The notes beneath the pieces are model-generated. The model worked only from the letters and a program-made list of their open reading frames with translations. It was not told the origin of the DNA and searched no databases. This document shows positions 55,044 through 64,000 of a DNA stretch of 64,000 bases, in pieces. This DNA is from an uncultured Acidobacteriota bacterium (GTDB lineage: Bacteria > Acidobacteriota > Blastocatellia > RBC074): positions 224,001-288,000 of the forward strand of contig CAWCKY010000003.1 of the NCBI GenBank assembly GCA_963796275.1, read 5' to 3'. Within the stretch, counting starts at the first letter, position 1. Each line of letters begins with the position of its first letter. The translations under genes and the position numbers were made by a program.

Positions 55044-55790
55044 ATGGCGAATTATAATGATCTGAGCCTGCACGTCAGGCTCTTTATGAAAGGGTATCCG
55101 TTTTCACGTTATGCGATCACTCCAGTCCCTCGCGCGAAGCTGAGAAAGCCGGTGAGCTCTGCTCGCGTCGCCTTGGTGACGACCGCGGGTTTACACATCC
55201 CGGGACAGCCTGGCTTCGACCATTCGATTAAAAAAGGCGATACGTCGTTTCGTGAAATCCCGAATGAGGTGGACGTCCGGTCTCTCATTGAGTCGCATCG
55301 AAGTAATGCTTTCGATCACACGGGCATTGAAGCGGATGCGAATCTGGGTTTCCCGCTCGACCGTTTTCGCGAATTGGAGTCGGAAAATGTAATAGGCAAG
55401 TTGAACCATCGCCACTTCAGCTTTATGGGCTCGATAGTCGGCCCACGAAAGTTGATTGAAACGACGGCGCCTGAAGTCGCGCGGCGTCTGGTCGAAGATA
55501 ATGTCGATATAGCATTCCTGACTCCTGTTTGACCCATGTGCGTCCAGACGGTCGGTCTGGTTCAAGCGGCTATCGAGCGCGCGGGTATAACGACTGTTTC
55601 CATCTCATTGCTGAGAGAGGTCACCCAGGTGATTAAACCGCCGCGGGCGCTTTTTGTTCCATTTCGTATGGGATATCCGCTCGGCGCTCCTAATGATCCG
55701 GGGCTGCAGCACATGGTGATCGCATCGGCGCTGGCTTTGATTGAACGAAAAGATGTGCCCGTGCTCGAGGCTTTCAGTCCGGCTCTTTAA
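55044..55790 (+). CDS. selenoprotein, D-proline reductase PrdB / glycine reductase GrdB-like (Sec163)
   Basis: ORFs 55044-55532 and 55536-55790 are in one frame, joined through TGA: LTPV-U-PMC; VALVTTAG, GDTSFREIP, FPLDRF.EL, CVQTVGL...IERAGI.TV, PPRA...F..G.PLG.P. Confidence 0.88.
55544..55560 (+). promoter_or_regulatory. bacterial SECIS-like hairpin
   Basis: CCAGAC-GGTCG-GTCTGG stem-loop starting 11 nt after the UGA, with G at the first loop position. Confidence 0.7.
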
Positions 55791-55821
55791 ATCCGCAAAT
55801 GAAAGCCCGATCAATCGAGGC

Positions 55822-57108
55822 TCAACCTTCGCCGAGCATCTGCGGCGAATCGTTTCGCTCTAGATTCCGCGCCCGCGCGTGCCAGTATGCTGATGCGAAG
55901 ACGATGACCAGACCCGCGGCGAAGCCGGCCAGCACATCCGACGGCCAATGAACGCCGAGATAAACGCGGCTGGCGCCGATCAGGAGTACGAGGGACGCCG
56001 CGAGAATACGAAAACCCCAACGGTAGCGTGGAAAAGTTATTTCCAATAGGTAAGCGGCAGTGCCATAGACCGCCATTGAGACCATGGCGTGTCCGCTGGG
56101 AAAGCTATATGTATGCGGACGCGCAATCAGCTCCCATAAATCGGGCCGCTCGCGCTGAAACGAGATTTTGAAAATATGGTTGAGCGCGAAGCCGGAAACC
56201 ATGGCGAGCAGGATCGTAATTCCTGCGCGCCGCCGGCGGCAATGATTGAAAAAGAACAAGGCGAGAGACACCGAGACGAGGATCATCGCAGTTGCATCTC
56301 CAGCGTGTGTAACAATGCGCATCAACGTATCGAGCCAGGGAGTTGAATGGTCGTGGATCAGAAGCATGACACGTTCATCAAAATCTGGATCGCGATTCGC
56401 GTTAATCGCATAGCTCAATCGCACGAATAGCGCGATCAAGGCCAGGTTGAAGAGGATGATAGCTATTTCGCGCATCCGGAGCATTTTCGTCCCGGCGCGC
56501 TCGGCTCCGCTATCGATCTGATGCCGCCAGCGCGCCAGAATCATTACAGCGGAGCAGACGATGATGATACCGGCGATAAATAGCCCTGCGCGTCCCACCC
56601 ATTGTTCAATCAGCTGCCAACTATTGCCGAAGAAGTAACCGAGCAATGAAATCGCGGTTGCCCAAAGCAGCGCGCCGGATGCGTTGTATATCACAAACGT
56701 GCGCCAGCGCATCCGCGATATGCCGGCGAAGAGCGCGGCGAAGACCCGCAGCCCGGAGACAAATCGCGCCAACAGGATCGCCTTGTTGCCGTGCTTATCG
56801 AAGAATTGTTCGCCTGCCTCGATTCTCCCGGGAGTTAACCAGAAGTAGCGCCCATATCGTTCTATGAATGGGCGTCCCAGCCGGCGTCCCGCCAGATAAC
56901 CAAGATTGTCGCCCACAATCGCACCAGCTGTAGCAATGAGAATAACCAGGGGAAGCGAGAATCGGCCATGGGAGGCGAAAAAACCGGCTGCGAGTAGAAT
57001 CGTTTCGCCTGGAATCGGGATCCCCGCATTTTCAAGCATTACGCCGAAGAAAACTATGGGGTAGCCGTAGGTAGTAAAGAGGCTGATGATTCGAGAGAGT
57101 AACTCCAT
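55822..57108 (-). CDS. DedA-PAP2 phosphatase fusion
   Basis: ENAGIPIPGE, GDNLGY..GR, ARFVSGLR (DedA); K...RERP, SFPSGH, SRVYLGVHWPSD (PAP2). Confidence 0.92.
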   Translation of the reverse strand: MELLSRIISLFTTYGYPIVFFGVMLENAGIPIPGETILLAAGFFASHGRFSLPLVILIATAGAIVGDNLGYLAGRRLGRPFIERYGRYFWLTPGRIEAGEQFFDKHGNKAILLARFVSGLRVFAALFAGISRMRWRTFVIYNASGALLWATAISLLGYFFGNSWQLIEQWVGRAGLFIAGIIIVCSAVMILARWRHQIDSGAERAGTKMLRMREIAIILFNLALIALFVRLSYAINANRDPDFDERVMLLIHDHSTPWLDTLMRIVTHAGDATAMILVSVSLALFFFNHCRRRRAGITILLAMVSGFALNHIFKISFQRERPDLWELIARPHTYSFPSGHAMVSMAVYGTAAYLLEITFPRYRWGFRILAASLVLLIGASRVYLGVHWPSDVLAGFAAGLVIVFASAYWHARARNLERNDSPQMLGEG

Positions 57109-57120
57109 GGCCGAAGAAGA

Positions 57121-57205
57121 CAGTTTTTAGTTTTCAGTTTTCAGTTTTAAGTCGCCGATTGAGACCAGCCAACTGAAAACTGAAAACTAAAAACTAAAAA
57201 CTGAA
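57121..57205. repeat. inverted heptamer intergenic element
   Basis: (CAGTTTT)4-spacer-(AAAACTG/A)n. Confidence 0.85.
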
Positions 57206-57952
57206 TCAGGTTATGCTGCCGCCATCGATCGTCACGACTTCACCGTTCATGTAGCTATTCTTATCCGAGACCATGAAGGCCGCGAATTCCGCGAGTTCGT
57301 CGGGGTGTCCGCGGCGCCCCTTCGAGCACCAAAATTTATGCATTTCCAGCCAGCGCTCCGGCAATGCGTCGGATAGGTCGGTATCGAAAATCCCGGCCGC
57401 GATGGCATTGATTGTGATGCCGAATGCGGATGCTTCGCGCGATAGGCATTTGGTGAAACCGATAATGGCCGCTTTTGAAGTCGCATAATGCACGGCGGTC
57501 GGTAGCGCGCGCAATGCGCCGATGCTGCTCAGATTTAGGATGTTGCCGGCGCGCTGGCGCAGCATATGTTTATAGACCGGTTTGGTCACATTGAACACGC
57601 CGTTGACGTTTGTATCGATGACTTCATCCCATGCCCGCTCGGTGGTGGTTGCGAAATTATCGCTGCGATTGATCGCCGCGTTGTTGACCAGGATGTCGAT
57701 GCGCCCGAACTTTTCGTGGACCTGCCTCACCATCTTGATAATTCCAGGGCGGTCGGTGACCGAAACTTTGAACGCCATAGCGTGCTGACCCAACGACTCG
57801 ACTTTCTCGATCGTGGCAGCCGCTCGTTCATCGCTCATATTGTAATTGAAGGCGATATCGGCGCCTTCGCGTGCGAAGACTTCACATAATGCGCGACCGA
57901 TGCCGCGCGAACCGCCCGTGATAATTGCTTTCTTTCCTTCAAGTAGTCGCAT
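57206..57952 (-). CDS. FabG-like SDR reductase
   Basis: TGGSRGIG, NNAA, YATSK, SYMNGEVVTIDGG. Confidence 0.88.
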   Translation of the reverse strand: MRLLEGKKAIITGGSRGIGRALCEVFAREGADIAFNYNMSDERAAATIEKVESLGQHAMAFKVSVTDRPGIIKMVRQVHEKFGRIDILVNNAAINRSDNFATTTERAWDEVIDTNVNGVFNVTKPVYKHMLRQRAGNILNLSSIGALRALPTAVHYATSKAAIIGFTKCLSREASAFGITINAIAAGIFDTDLSDALPERWLEMHKFWCSKGRRGHPDELAEFAAFMVSDKNSYMNGEVVTIDGGSIT

Positions 57953-57956
57953 AAGC

Positions 57957-59171
57957 TTAGCCTGCAGTCTGATAATTCTTCGATTCGATCTCCTGATCGG
58001 GTACAGCAACACGTTCTTCGAGTTTCCTCATCAATTCGTCGACGACCCGCCGCGTCGCATCGGGAATAGAGATGCGCGCAGCTGCGAGTCTCATCGCCGT
58101 ATGCTCCGCCGGATCGTAGACCAAATGGCGGATGACGGGTACTACATCGCTGGCTCGCTCGAGCAATATTCCTGCTTTGTGGCGCGAGAGCAGGTTTGCC
58201 GTGTGCGATTCCTGCGGCATCGGCCTGGTCGTCGTATCGGCGATGATCGGCAGGCGTGAGGCGAGCGCTTCGAATGTCGTTAATCCGCCCAGCTTTGAGA
58301 TCATGACATCGGCCGCAGTCATCAGCTTCTCCATCGCATTCGAATATCCGATAACTTTTGTCGGGAATGCGGCACGCCGCGTGATCGCGCCTACGCGTTC
58401 CCGCAATCCTTCATTGCGACCGGCGAGGAAGATAGCCTGAGTATCCTTGATCTTCTCGCTCTCATCGATCATCTGCTCGAAGATCTGAGGAATATTCCCG
58501 CCGCCCGCCCAGCCGGCGTTGATGAAGACGGTGAACCGGTCGGGATCAAGCCCCAGCTCGATGCGCGTGGCGACTTTATCTTCATCATTCTGGAACTGGA
58601 ATTTCGGATGAATTGGGATGCCGCAAATTTTGATCTTCTCAGCGGGAACATCGTAATCGAGCAATTGCTGCCGGGCCTCATCGCTGGCGACCAGATAAAG
58701 GCTGACGTCTTCACATGCCCACCCCCGCCAGAAACCGTAGCAGGGATCGGTGACGACCGTGACGAGAGGGATGCGATCGAGCAGACCCAGCTCGCGCAAT
58801 ATCCGCCCGAGGAAATGCTGCGTCATCGGATGGACGGAAACGACGACCTGCGGGCAGTATTTTTCGATCAACTGCAGCAGGTAACGCGAGGTCAGCCGGT
58901 AGAGCAGGTTCGATTCATTCGGGCGAAACCGCTCGATAGCCCAATAATAGTACTTCATCAAATGCTGATGATGGCGCAGGAGATAATTGTAAAACTCGGC
59001 TAGTTTCTCCGTGAGCAGGTTGGACTCTTCGAGCGCGCGCGCGATATTGACGAGACAATCGGAAGCGGGGAACCGCTTGAGGCCATCCGCTATGGCGTCG
59101 GCGGCGCTGGTGTGACCGCCTCCGGTTTCGGAGGTGATGATCAGGAACTTTTTTTGATTTTCGTTCAGCAT
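57957..59171 (-). CDS. GT28 MGDG-synthase/UgtP-like glycosyltransferase
   Basis: TGGGHTSAA, VVSVHP, VVTD, GIPI, ADVMISKLGGLT..EA, PQE. Confidence 0.88.
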   Translation of the reverse strand: MLNENQKKFLIITSETGGGHTSAADAIADGLKRFPASDCLVNIARALEESNLLTEKLAEFYNYLLRHHQHLMKYYYWAIERFRPNESNLLYRLTSRYLLQLIEKYCPQVVVSVHPMTQHFLGRILRELGLLDRIPLVTVVTDPCYGFWRGWACEDVSLYLVASDEARQQLLDYDVPAEKIKICGIPIHPKFQFQNDEDKVATRIELGLDPDRFTVFINAGWAGGGNIPQIFEQMIDESEKIKDTQAIFLAGRNEGLRERVGAITRRAAFPTKVIGYSNAMEKLMTAADVMISKLGGLTTFEALASRLPIIADTTTRPMPQESHTANLLSRHKAGILLERASDVVPVIRHLVYDPAEHTAMRLAAARISIPDATRRVVDELMRKLEERVAVPDQEIESKNYQTAG

Positions 59172-59274
59172 TCTTTTTTCCTGATTCCGATGGCTAGATA
59201 AAAGAACACGGGTTAGGGCCACTTACTATTCACCCTTCTTTTATGCCGGTGCCAGATTGTTATTCATTTAAGGA

Positions 59275-60423
59275 TTAAGCCGTCCTCGGCGCCAGGATCG
59301 CATCGCCATCCGTCGCATGCGATCGTTTCAATTCCCGCTCCAGCTTTTTGATTTGAATGAGGTGCTTCGGGTTGAAGGGCAGCGAAGGATAATAGCAATT
59401 CGACTCGTGAGTGCAGTAGCATCCCTGTTTGATCTGTCGGCGCCTGACGGCGAGCTCGGGGGAATTCCAGAGAGCCCAAAAGTTCCAGTCGTAATCGCGC
59501 AAGTTGCCGACCGGGTCGAGATTCTCGCAACTCGATACAGTCCCTTCGTCATAGATCACGCCGCCTGTGGTCCCGGCGAAGCAGCGCAGCAGAGCCTTTT
59601 GCTCGAGCTCGGTCTGCGCGATCATCTCGTGCATATAAATATCGACGGCGGCTTTGAAATATCCGCCTTTGCCCTTGTAATGGTTCTTGATCACGCCCCT
59701 GCGCGAATCCTCGTCGATCATTGCCGCCAGTTTCCGATAGCGGCTGATGTCTATCTCCAACTCTTTCGCGTTTGCCGATGGGGGCCGAATGTAGTTAACG
59801 TTGATCTTGTCCGGTTTGAGCTCGTCTCGCAGGAACCCGTACCATTCGAAAATGCGATCCTGGTTCGAATTCATAAAACACGTGCATGTCTGAACATCGA
59901 GCCGGGGTATTTTCCTCTGGATATCCTGCAGCATTCGCGCCGTCTCTACCGCGCGGTCCCAGCTTCCGAGCTTGCCGCGGATCTTTTCGTGTTCTTCCTT
60001 CAATCCGTCGATGCCGAGCGCAACCGTGACATTCAAATTCGGGCATTCTTCGAGGATGCGTGTTACATCCGGGATTATTCGCTGCTGGATGCCGCCGTTC
60101 GACATGAGATAGACCGATTCGAGCTGGTTGTTCTTGTAGAATGCCCTGACCACTTGGGGCAGATCTTTTCGTGTGAATGGCTCGCCGCCCGCGATAATCA
60201 GAATCGGCAGCTTTCCGCCCAGGGTCTCACTGATGCGGGCGAGTTGATCGGTGGTCATCTGGAGTTTCTTGCGATCCTTGTCGTCCAGCTCTTCCGTGAA
60301 GAAGCAATGCGTACATCGCATATCGCAGACAGAGGTGATCAACAGGTTGAGGATGACCGGCGGAGTTACGCCGCCCATCAGCACACGCCCATATCGTTTG
60401 ATAAGTTCGAAATTGTAGTCCAT
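59275..60423 (-). CDS. radical SAM protein with C-terminal SPASM/twitch-like Cys cluster
   Basis: CDMRCTHC, GGEP, IDG...H..IRG, C.AG...SSCE...GNL, CYCTHESNC. Confidence 0.9.
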   Translation of the reverse strand: MDYNFELIKRYGRVLMGGVTPPVILNLLITSVCDMRCTHCFFTEELDDKDRKKLQMTTDQLARISETLGGKLPILIIAGGEPFTRKDLPQVVRAFYKNNQLESVYLMSNGGIQQRIIPDVTRILEECPNLNVTVALGIDGLKEEHEKIRGKLGSWDRAVETARMLQDIQRKIPRLDVQTCTCFMNSNQDRIFEWYGFLRDELKPDKINVNYIRPPSANAKELEIDISRYRKLAAMIDEDSRRGVIKNHYKGKGGYFKAAVDIYMHEMIAQTELEQKALLRCFAGTTGGVIYDEGTVSSCENLDPVGNLRDYDWNFWALWNSPELAVRRRQIKQGCYCTHESNCYYPSLPFNPKHLIQIKKLERELKRSHATDGDAILAPRTA

Positions 60424-60486
60424 AAAGCACCAGCGATTATTAAATTGAAGGGTAGTGATTGGCTATTAAGCGTTGTTTGCAGCGCA

Positions 60487-61434
60487 ATGTCAAACGTCTT
60501 GATTATGAATAACCACCCGATTCCACGACTCGATCGCGAAGAAAAACTGCGCGAAAACCTTTTAGGATTCTGCCGTCTCAAACCCGGTCAGGTCTGGTGC
60601 GATCCGCAAAACGGCCACCGCGTCGGCTGTCTCGATGCGTCCTCGCCCGCCGATGTCATGACCTTATGTCGAAATGACAGGGCTGCGATAGCGATCCACG
60701 ACCTGCCCTACAACTTCATCGCCTTCGAACAAAAACGCATCGACGAATTCATTTCATGGTGCAGGAAAGTTGTGCAGAACACCTCCGATGTTTTGGCCGA
60801 TTCTAGCAGCCTCTACCTCTGGATAGGCGCCGATCAGAAGAACGGGTTCGCTCCTTTGCCGGAGTTGATGCTCATGATGCGTGAGACGGGATTCGCCTCG
60901 CGCAGCTTTATCACGCTCCGCAATCAACGGGGCTATGGTACCCAGCACAATTGGATGAGTGTACGACAGGAACTGCTCTACTACACCAAAGGTAGACCGC
61001 AGTTCAATCCGCAATACACGGATATTCCAAAGGCGGTTAAAGGATATTATAAAAATGTCAACGGCCATTTGACTGAAAACACCGCCCGCGGGCGCGGCGA
61101 GACCATCCGCGCGGGCAATGTGTGGATAGATATCCAGCAGGTCTTCTATCGAATGGAGGAGAACGTCAACGGCTGTTATGCTCAGAAACCTCTAAAAGCG
61201 ATCGAACGAATAATCGATGCCAGTTCATCGGCCGGTGAGGTTGTGATAGATTTCTTTTCGCATTCCGGTACGACATTGCTCGCGGCTGAAGTGAAGGGAC
61301 GTAGATGTCTGACGATGGACATCGATCCGGTTTTCTGTGAGATAACGATCAGACGCCTGGAGCATTTCCGGCAGACGGGGCAAATGGGATGGCAGAACAG
61401 CAATCCTTTCGTCGCAGAGTTAATTGGAGAATAA
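60487..61434 (+). CDS. orphan N6-A/N4-C DNA methyltransferase (beta arrangement)
   Basis: HDLPYN (DPPY-like), QKPLKAIERII, DFFSHSGTT (motif I) near C-terminus; start 60487 or 60505. Confidence 0.8.
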   Translation: MSNVLIMNNHPIPRLDREEKLRENLLGFCRLKPGQVWCDPQNGHRVGCLDASSPADVMTLCRNDRAAIAIHDLPYNFIAFEQKRIDEFISWCRKVVQNTSDVLADSSSLYLWIGADQKNGFAPLPELMLMMRETGFASRSFITLRNQRGYGTQHNWMSVRQELLYYTKGRPQFNPQYTDIPKAVKGYYKNVNGHLTENTARGRGETIRAGNVWIDIQQVFYRMEENVNGCYAQKPLKAIERIIDASSSAGEVVIDFFSHSGTTLLAAEVKGRRCLTMDIDPVFCEITIRRLEHFRQTGQMGWQNSNPFVAELIGE

Positions 61435-61489
61435 GTTTTTAGTTTTCAGTTGCTGAGCAGTCACAACTGAAAACTGAAAACTGAAAACT
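61434..61489. repeat. inverted heptamer intergenic element
   Basis: AGTTTTTAGTTTTCAGTTG-CTGAGCAGTCA-CAACTGAAAACTGAAAACTGAAAACT. Confidence 0.85.
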
Positions 61490-61495
61490 ACTCAG

Positions 61496-62437
61496 ATGGA
61501 TAAATCTAAAGACGGTCGATCAGTGAATTCCTGGCAATCAGATGCGGCGTTGATCTCCCTGGCTTTGATGTGGGGGACATCGCACGTCGTCACCAAAGAT
61601 ATATTGGCAACCCATTCTCCGGCATTTTATACGAGCGCGCGGTTTGGGATCGCTTCGGTCTGCTTTGGGATACTGTTTGCCCGCCACCTACGGCAGAGCA
61701 AGAGGAGCGAGATTGTTCAAGGCGTACTTCTGGGATTATGCAGTTTCGCTGGCATCGCATTCTATGTCACGGGATTGGTCTTCACTCAGGCTTCGAAAGC
61801 GGGCTTCATTACGGGTCTATATCTCGTTTTCACTCCAATACTTGCCTACCTGCTATTCCGCTCGCGACCGACACGGGATCACCTGACGGGGCTTGCGATA
61901 GCAATACTCGGATTTGCGCTGCTCAGCTACCCGCGCGGGGGCGAGTCGGTAAATTTGGGAGATATCCTGGTCTTGTTGGCTGCCTTTGCTTGGGCTGGTC
62001 ACATAGCCGCGACCAGCGCTTTTGCGAGGCAGAGCGATGTGCGCACGCTGGCGGCGGTTCAGGTGATGACCGTCGCGCTTCTGGCGATTTCGGTCAACCT
62101 CATTTTGAGGCAGTTCGGCTTGGAGACGAAGCCAAATCCGATCGACTGGCAGTTCGCGGTGCAGATCGGTTATATGGCCATTATGGTCACCGTGATTGCG
62201 GCGCTGGTTCAGACCTGGGCGCAAGGGCGGGTCTCTTCGACTCATGCCGCGGTCTACTATGCGCTCGAACCGGTGACCGCGGCTGTTTTCGCTTATATCA
62301 TTTTCGCTGAAAAACTTGACCTGATCCGCGGCCTGGGAGCGGCGCTGATCGTTGCCGGAGTGATGGTCTCGCGACTCAAACTTGCGAGTCGGGCGTCGGT
62401 AGCCGGAGGTCGGTTGCCGGTAACCGGTAGTCGGTAG
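61496..62437 (+). CDS. DMT/EamA-family transporter
   Basis: About 10 TM; WGTS, ARF, ASKAGFITGLYLVFTP, GD.L.L, Q...Q, LEPV.A. Confidence 0.92.
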   Translation: MDKSKDGRSVNSWQSDAALISLALMWGTSHVVTKDILATHSPAFYTSARFGIASVCFGILFARHLRQSKRSEIVQGVLLGLCSFAGIAFYVTGLVFTQASKAGFITGLYLVFTPILAYLLFRSRPTRDHLTGLAIAILGFALLSYPRGGESVNLGDILVLLAAFAWAGHIAATSAFARQSDVRTLAAVQVMTVALLAISVNLILRQFGLETKPNPIDWQFAVQIGYMAIMVTVIAALVQTWAQGRVSSTHAAVYYALEPVTAAVFAYIIFAEKLDLIRGLGAALIVAGVMVSRLKLASRASVAGGRLPVTGSR

Positions 62438-62568
62438 CCGGTAGTCGGTTGCCGGTAAGCGGTAGCCGGTAGCCGGTAGCCGGTTATAGCTTAGATAAAA
62501 AATCAGTTTTCAGTCAGATGTTGATAAACAACGCCAACCGCCAACCGCCAACCGCCATCCAACTACCG
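62397..62568. repeat. (CCGGTAG)-type heptamer array with (CCGCCAA)n counterpart
   Basis: About 12 degenerate CGGTAGC/CGGTTGC units at 62397-62486; CCGCCAA units at 62532-62558. Confidence 0.85.
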
Positions 62569-62920
62569 TTTCCCCTATACATTTCCTAAGATCTAGATAT
62601 AATTACCTCTGTCAATGCCCGTACGGTAAGCCCGGCCGTTACCCCACGAACAGCAGGAAAGCGTTAAACCTATGGCCTCGGAAAAACGTCGTTCTTGTGC
62701 TCATACTGGCTGACCGGCCCTCGTCAGTGAGTCTCTGGCTCAAAGCGGTTAAAAATTTCCGAAGAGATGTTCCGATCGGATGGGACTGCTTTGCATTAGC
62801 GCCGGAAGACAAGCATAAAGCCCATTATTAGGTTGACACTTGGATGGCAGACCACCACCCCACAGCCTGGTCGCCGTCAACATTATTAAGAGCAAGCTAG
62901 CTTGAGAGTCGAGGTGTCAA

Positions 62921-63280
62921 ATGACCAAAGTAATGATCGTAGATGATCTCGAACCTGTGCGCCGCATGCTCACTTATGCGCTAGAGGATGATTACACCAT
63001 CATGCAGGCTTCCAATGGGTTGGAAGCATTGCAGATCGCAGAGACTGAGCATCCGGACGTCATAGTCATGGACCTGGACATGCCTGTCATGGACGGGGTA
63101 GAGGCCACACGCCGTCTAAAATCAAATCCTCAACTTTCTGACATAAAGATACTGGTCGTCTCCGGACGTAACAACAGTGAAAAGTCCCGCCTGGTCAAAG
63201 ATGACTGCGATGCTTTTATCGAAAAACCTTTCGATCTCCCAAACCTGGTCGATGCCGTCAGGCGTCTCATTGTTAAATAG
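62921..63280 (+). CDS. single-domain response regulator (CheY/DivK-like)
   Basis: GAGGT RBS; VMIVDD, PDVIVMDLDMPVMDG, FIEKPF. Confidence 0.93.
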   Translation: MTKVMIVDDLEPVRRMLTYALEDDYTIMQASNGLEALQIAETEHPDVIVMDLDMPVMDGVEATRRLKSNPQLSDIKILVVSGRNNSEKSRLVKDDCDAFIEKPFDLPNLVDAVRRLIVK

Positions 63281-63366
63281 AAATAGAAATAGATTTTGTT
63301 ATAAAATTTATCTGCATATGTAGGGCAGTGTCTCTATATTGCCTTGCATGTCAGAGGAGAGGAGTT

Positions 63367-64000
63367 ATGAACAAGATCAAATCCAAGTCGAGAAATGGAA
63401 AGTTAGTGCCTGTTCTGGTTCTGGTCTTGTTTCTCGCGCCCAATGCTATCAGGGCGCAGGGAACCAGGATCGATATGCCGAAGAACAGGTATACCGTCGA
63501 GCAGGATGTGGAACTTGGGCGCCAGGCGGCAAAAGAGATCGCGCAACAGATGCCGCTTTTGCCAGACAATAGCGATGCCGACAGATACGTCGAGGGTGTG
63601 GGACGAAAGCTAGTGGCTGCCGTCCCGGCTCAGTTCCGGCAACCCGCATTCAGGTATCAATTCCGCGTAGTCAATGCGCGCGACATCAACGCCTTCGCGC
63701 TGCCGGGCGGCCCGATGTTTGTCAATCGGGGCATGATCGAGGCAGCGAAAAGCGAGGGCGAGATGGCGGGAGTGATGGCCCACGAGTTGAGCCACGTCGT
63801 GCTTCGTCACGGCACAGCGCAAGCCACCAGGCAGCAGAGCGCCAAATACCAGTTGCCTGCGCTCGGAGGTGCGATCCTCGGCGCTATAATCGGCGGCAAT
63901 GTGGGCGGCATCGTAGCTCAGGGGACGCAAATGGGGGTCGGCGCTTTTCTTTTGAAATACAGCCGAGAATTCGAGAGTCAGGCCGACATCCTCGGCGCTC
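63367..64000 (+). CDS. M48 family metallopeptidase (partial, runs off window)
   Basis: AGGAG RBS; signal peptide; INAFALPGG, EMAGVMAHELSHV (HExxH), YSREFESQAD. Confidence 0.9.
   Translation, partial: MNKIKSKSRNGKLVPVLVLVLFLAPNAIRAQGTRIDMPKNRYTVEQDVELGRQAAKEIAQQMPLLPDNSDADRYVEGVGRKLVAAVPAQFRQPAFRYQFRVVNARDINAFALPGGPMFVNRGMIEAAKSEGEMAGVMAHELSHVVLRHGTAQATRQQSAKYQLPALGGAILGAIIGGNVGGIVAQGTQMGVGAFLLKYSREFESQADILGA

Noticed and set aside
55536-55790. Separate 84-aa gene or nonsense pseudogene
   Set aside because: It is the in-frame continuation through UGA at the family's Sec position, with a SECIS-like hairpin.
59317-61434. 705-aa methyltransferase fusion ORF
   Set aside because: The first 390 aa are the antisense shadow of the radical SAM gene; the real methyltransferase starts at about 60487-60505.

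Overview
This is a bacterial chromosomal window whose gene content points to Acidobacteriota, probably Blastocatellia (inference from the Oar-type TonB-dependent receptors, TPR-TonB fusion, ADOP permease fragment and heptamer intergenic repeats). 1-5333 is the right end of an AT-richer integrative element bounded by a 3'-half tRNA-Leu(CAA) att site. It carries a tyrosine integrase, a HEPN-motif protein, a membrane/OmpA-like gene pair, a membrane-anchored J-domain protein and a broken tRNA-Arg(TCT). Next come TPR-TonB, doxX-apbE-SDR (close to HSD17B14) and a cluster of two PAS kinases with two response regulators. About 14-32 kb is an accessory stretch with three TonB-dependent receptors, a DUF4432 epimerase, a PQQ-like propeller and an S9 peptidase; it has many single-base frameshifts that look like sequencing indels. 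After tRNA-Val/tRNA-Asp come a candidate structured RNA, moeA-moaC-cheR, M20 peptidase/dapD, an IS4 element inserted into a REP doublet, an intact Oar-type receptor, and a cobalamin-riboswitch-controlled btuFCD-DUF4430-btuB operon. The right end has a UDP-sugar dehydrogenase, a GH63-like hydrolase, a hidden selenoprotein (PrdB/GrdB-like, in-frame UGA in a UxxC motif with a SECIS-like hairpin), a radical SAM-GT28-SDR-DedA/PAP2 cluster, an orphan DNA methyltransferase, EamA, a receiver protein and a partial M48 peptidase. All family assignments come from motif recognition by eye, not database searches.
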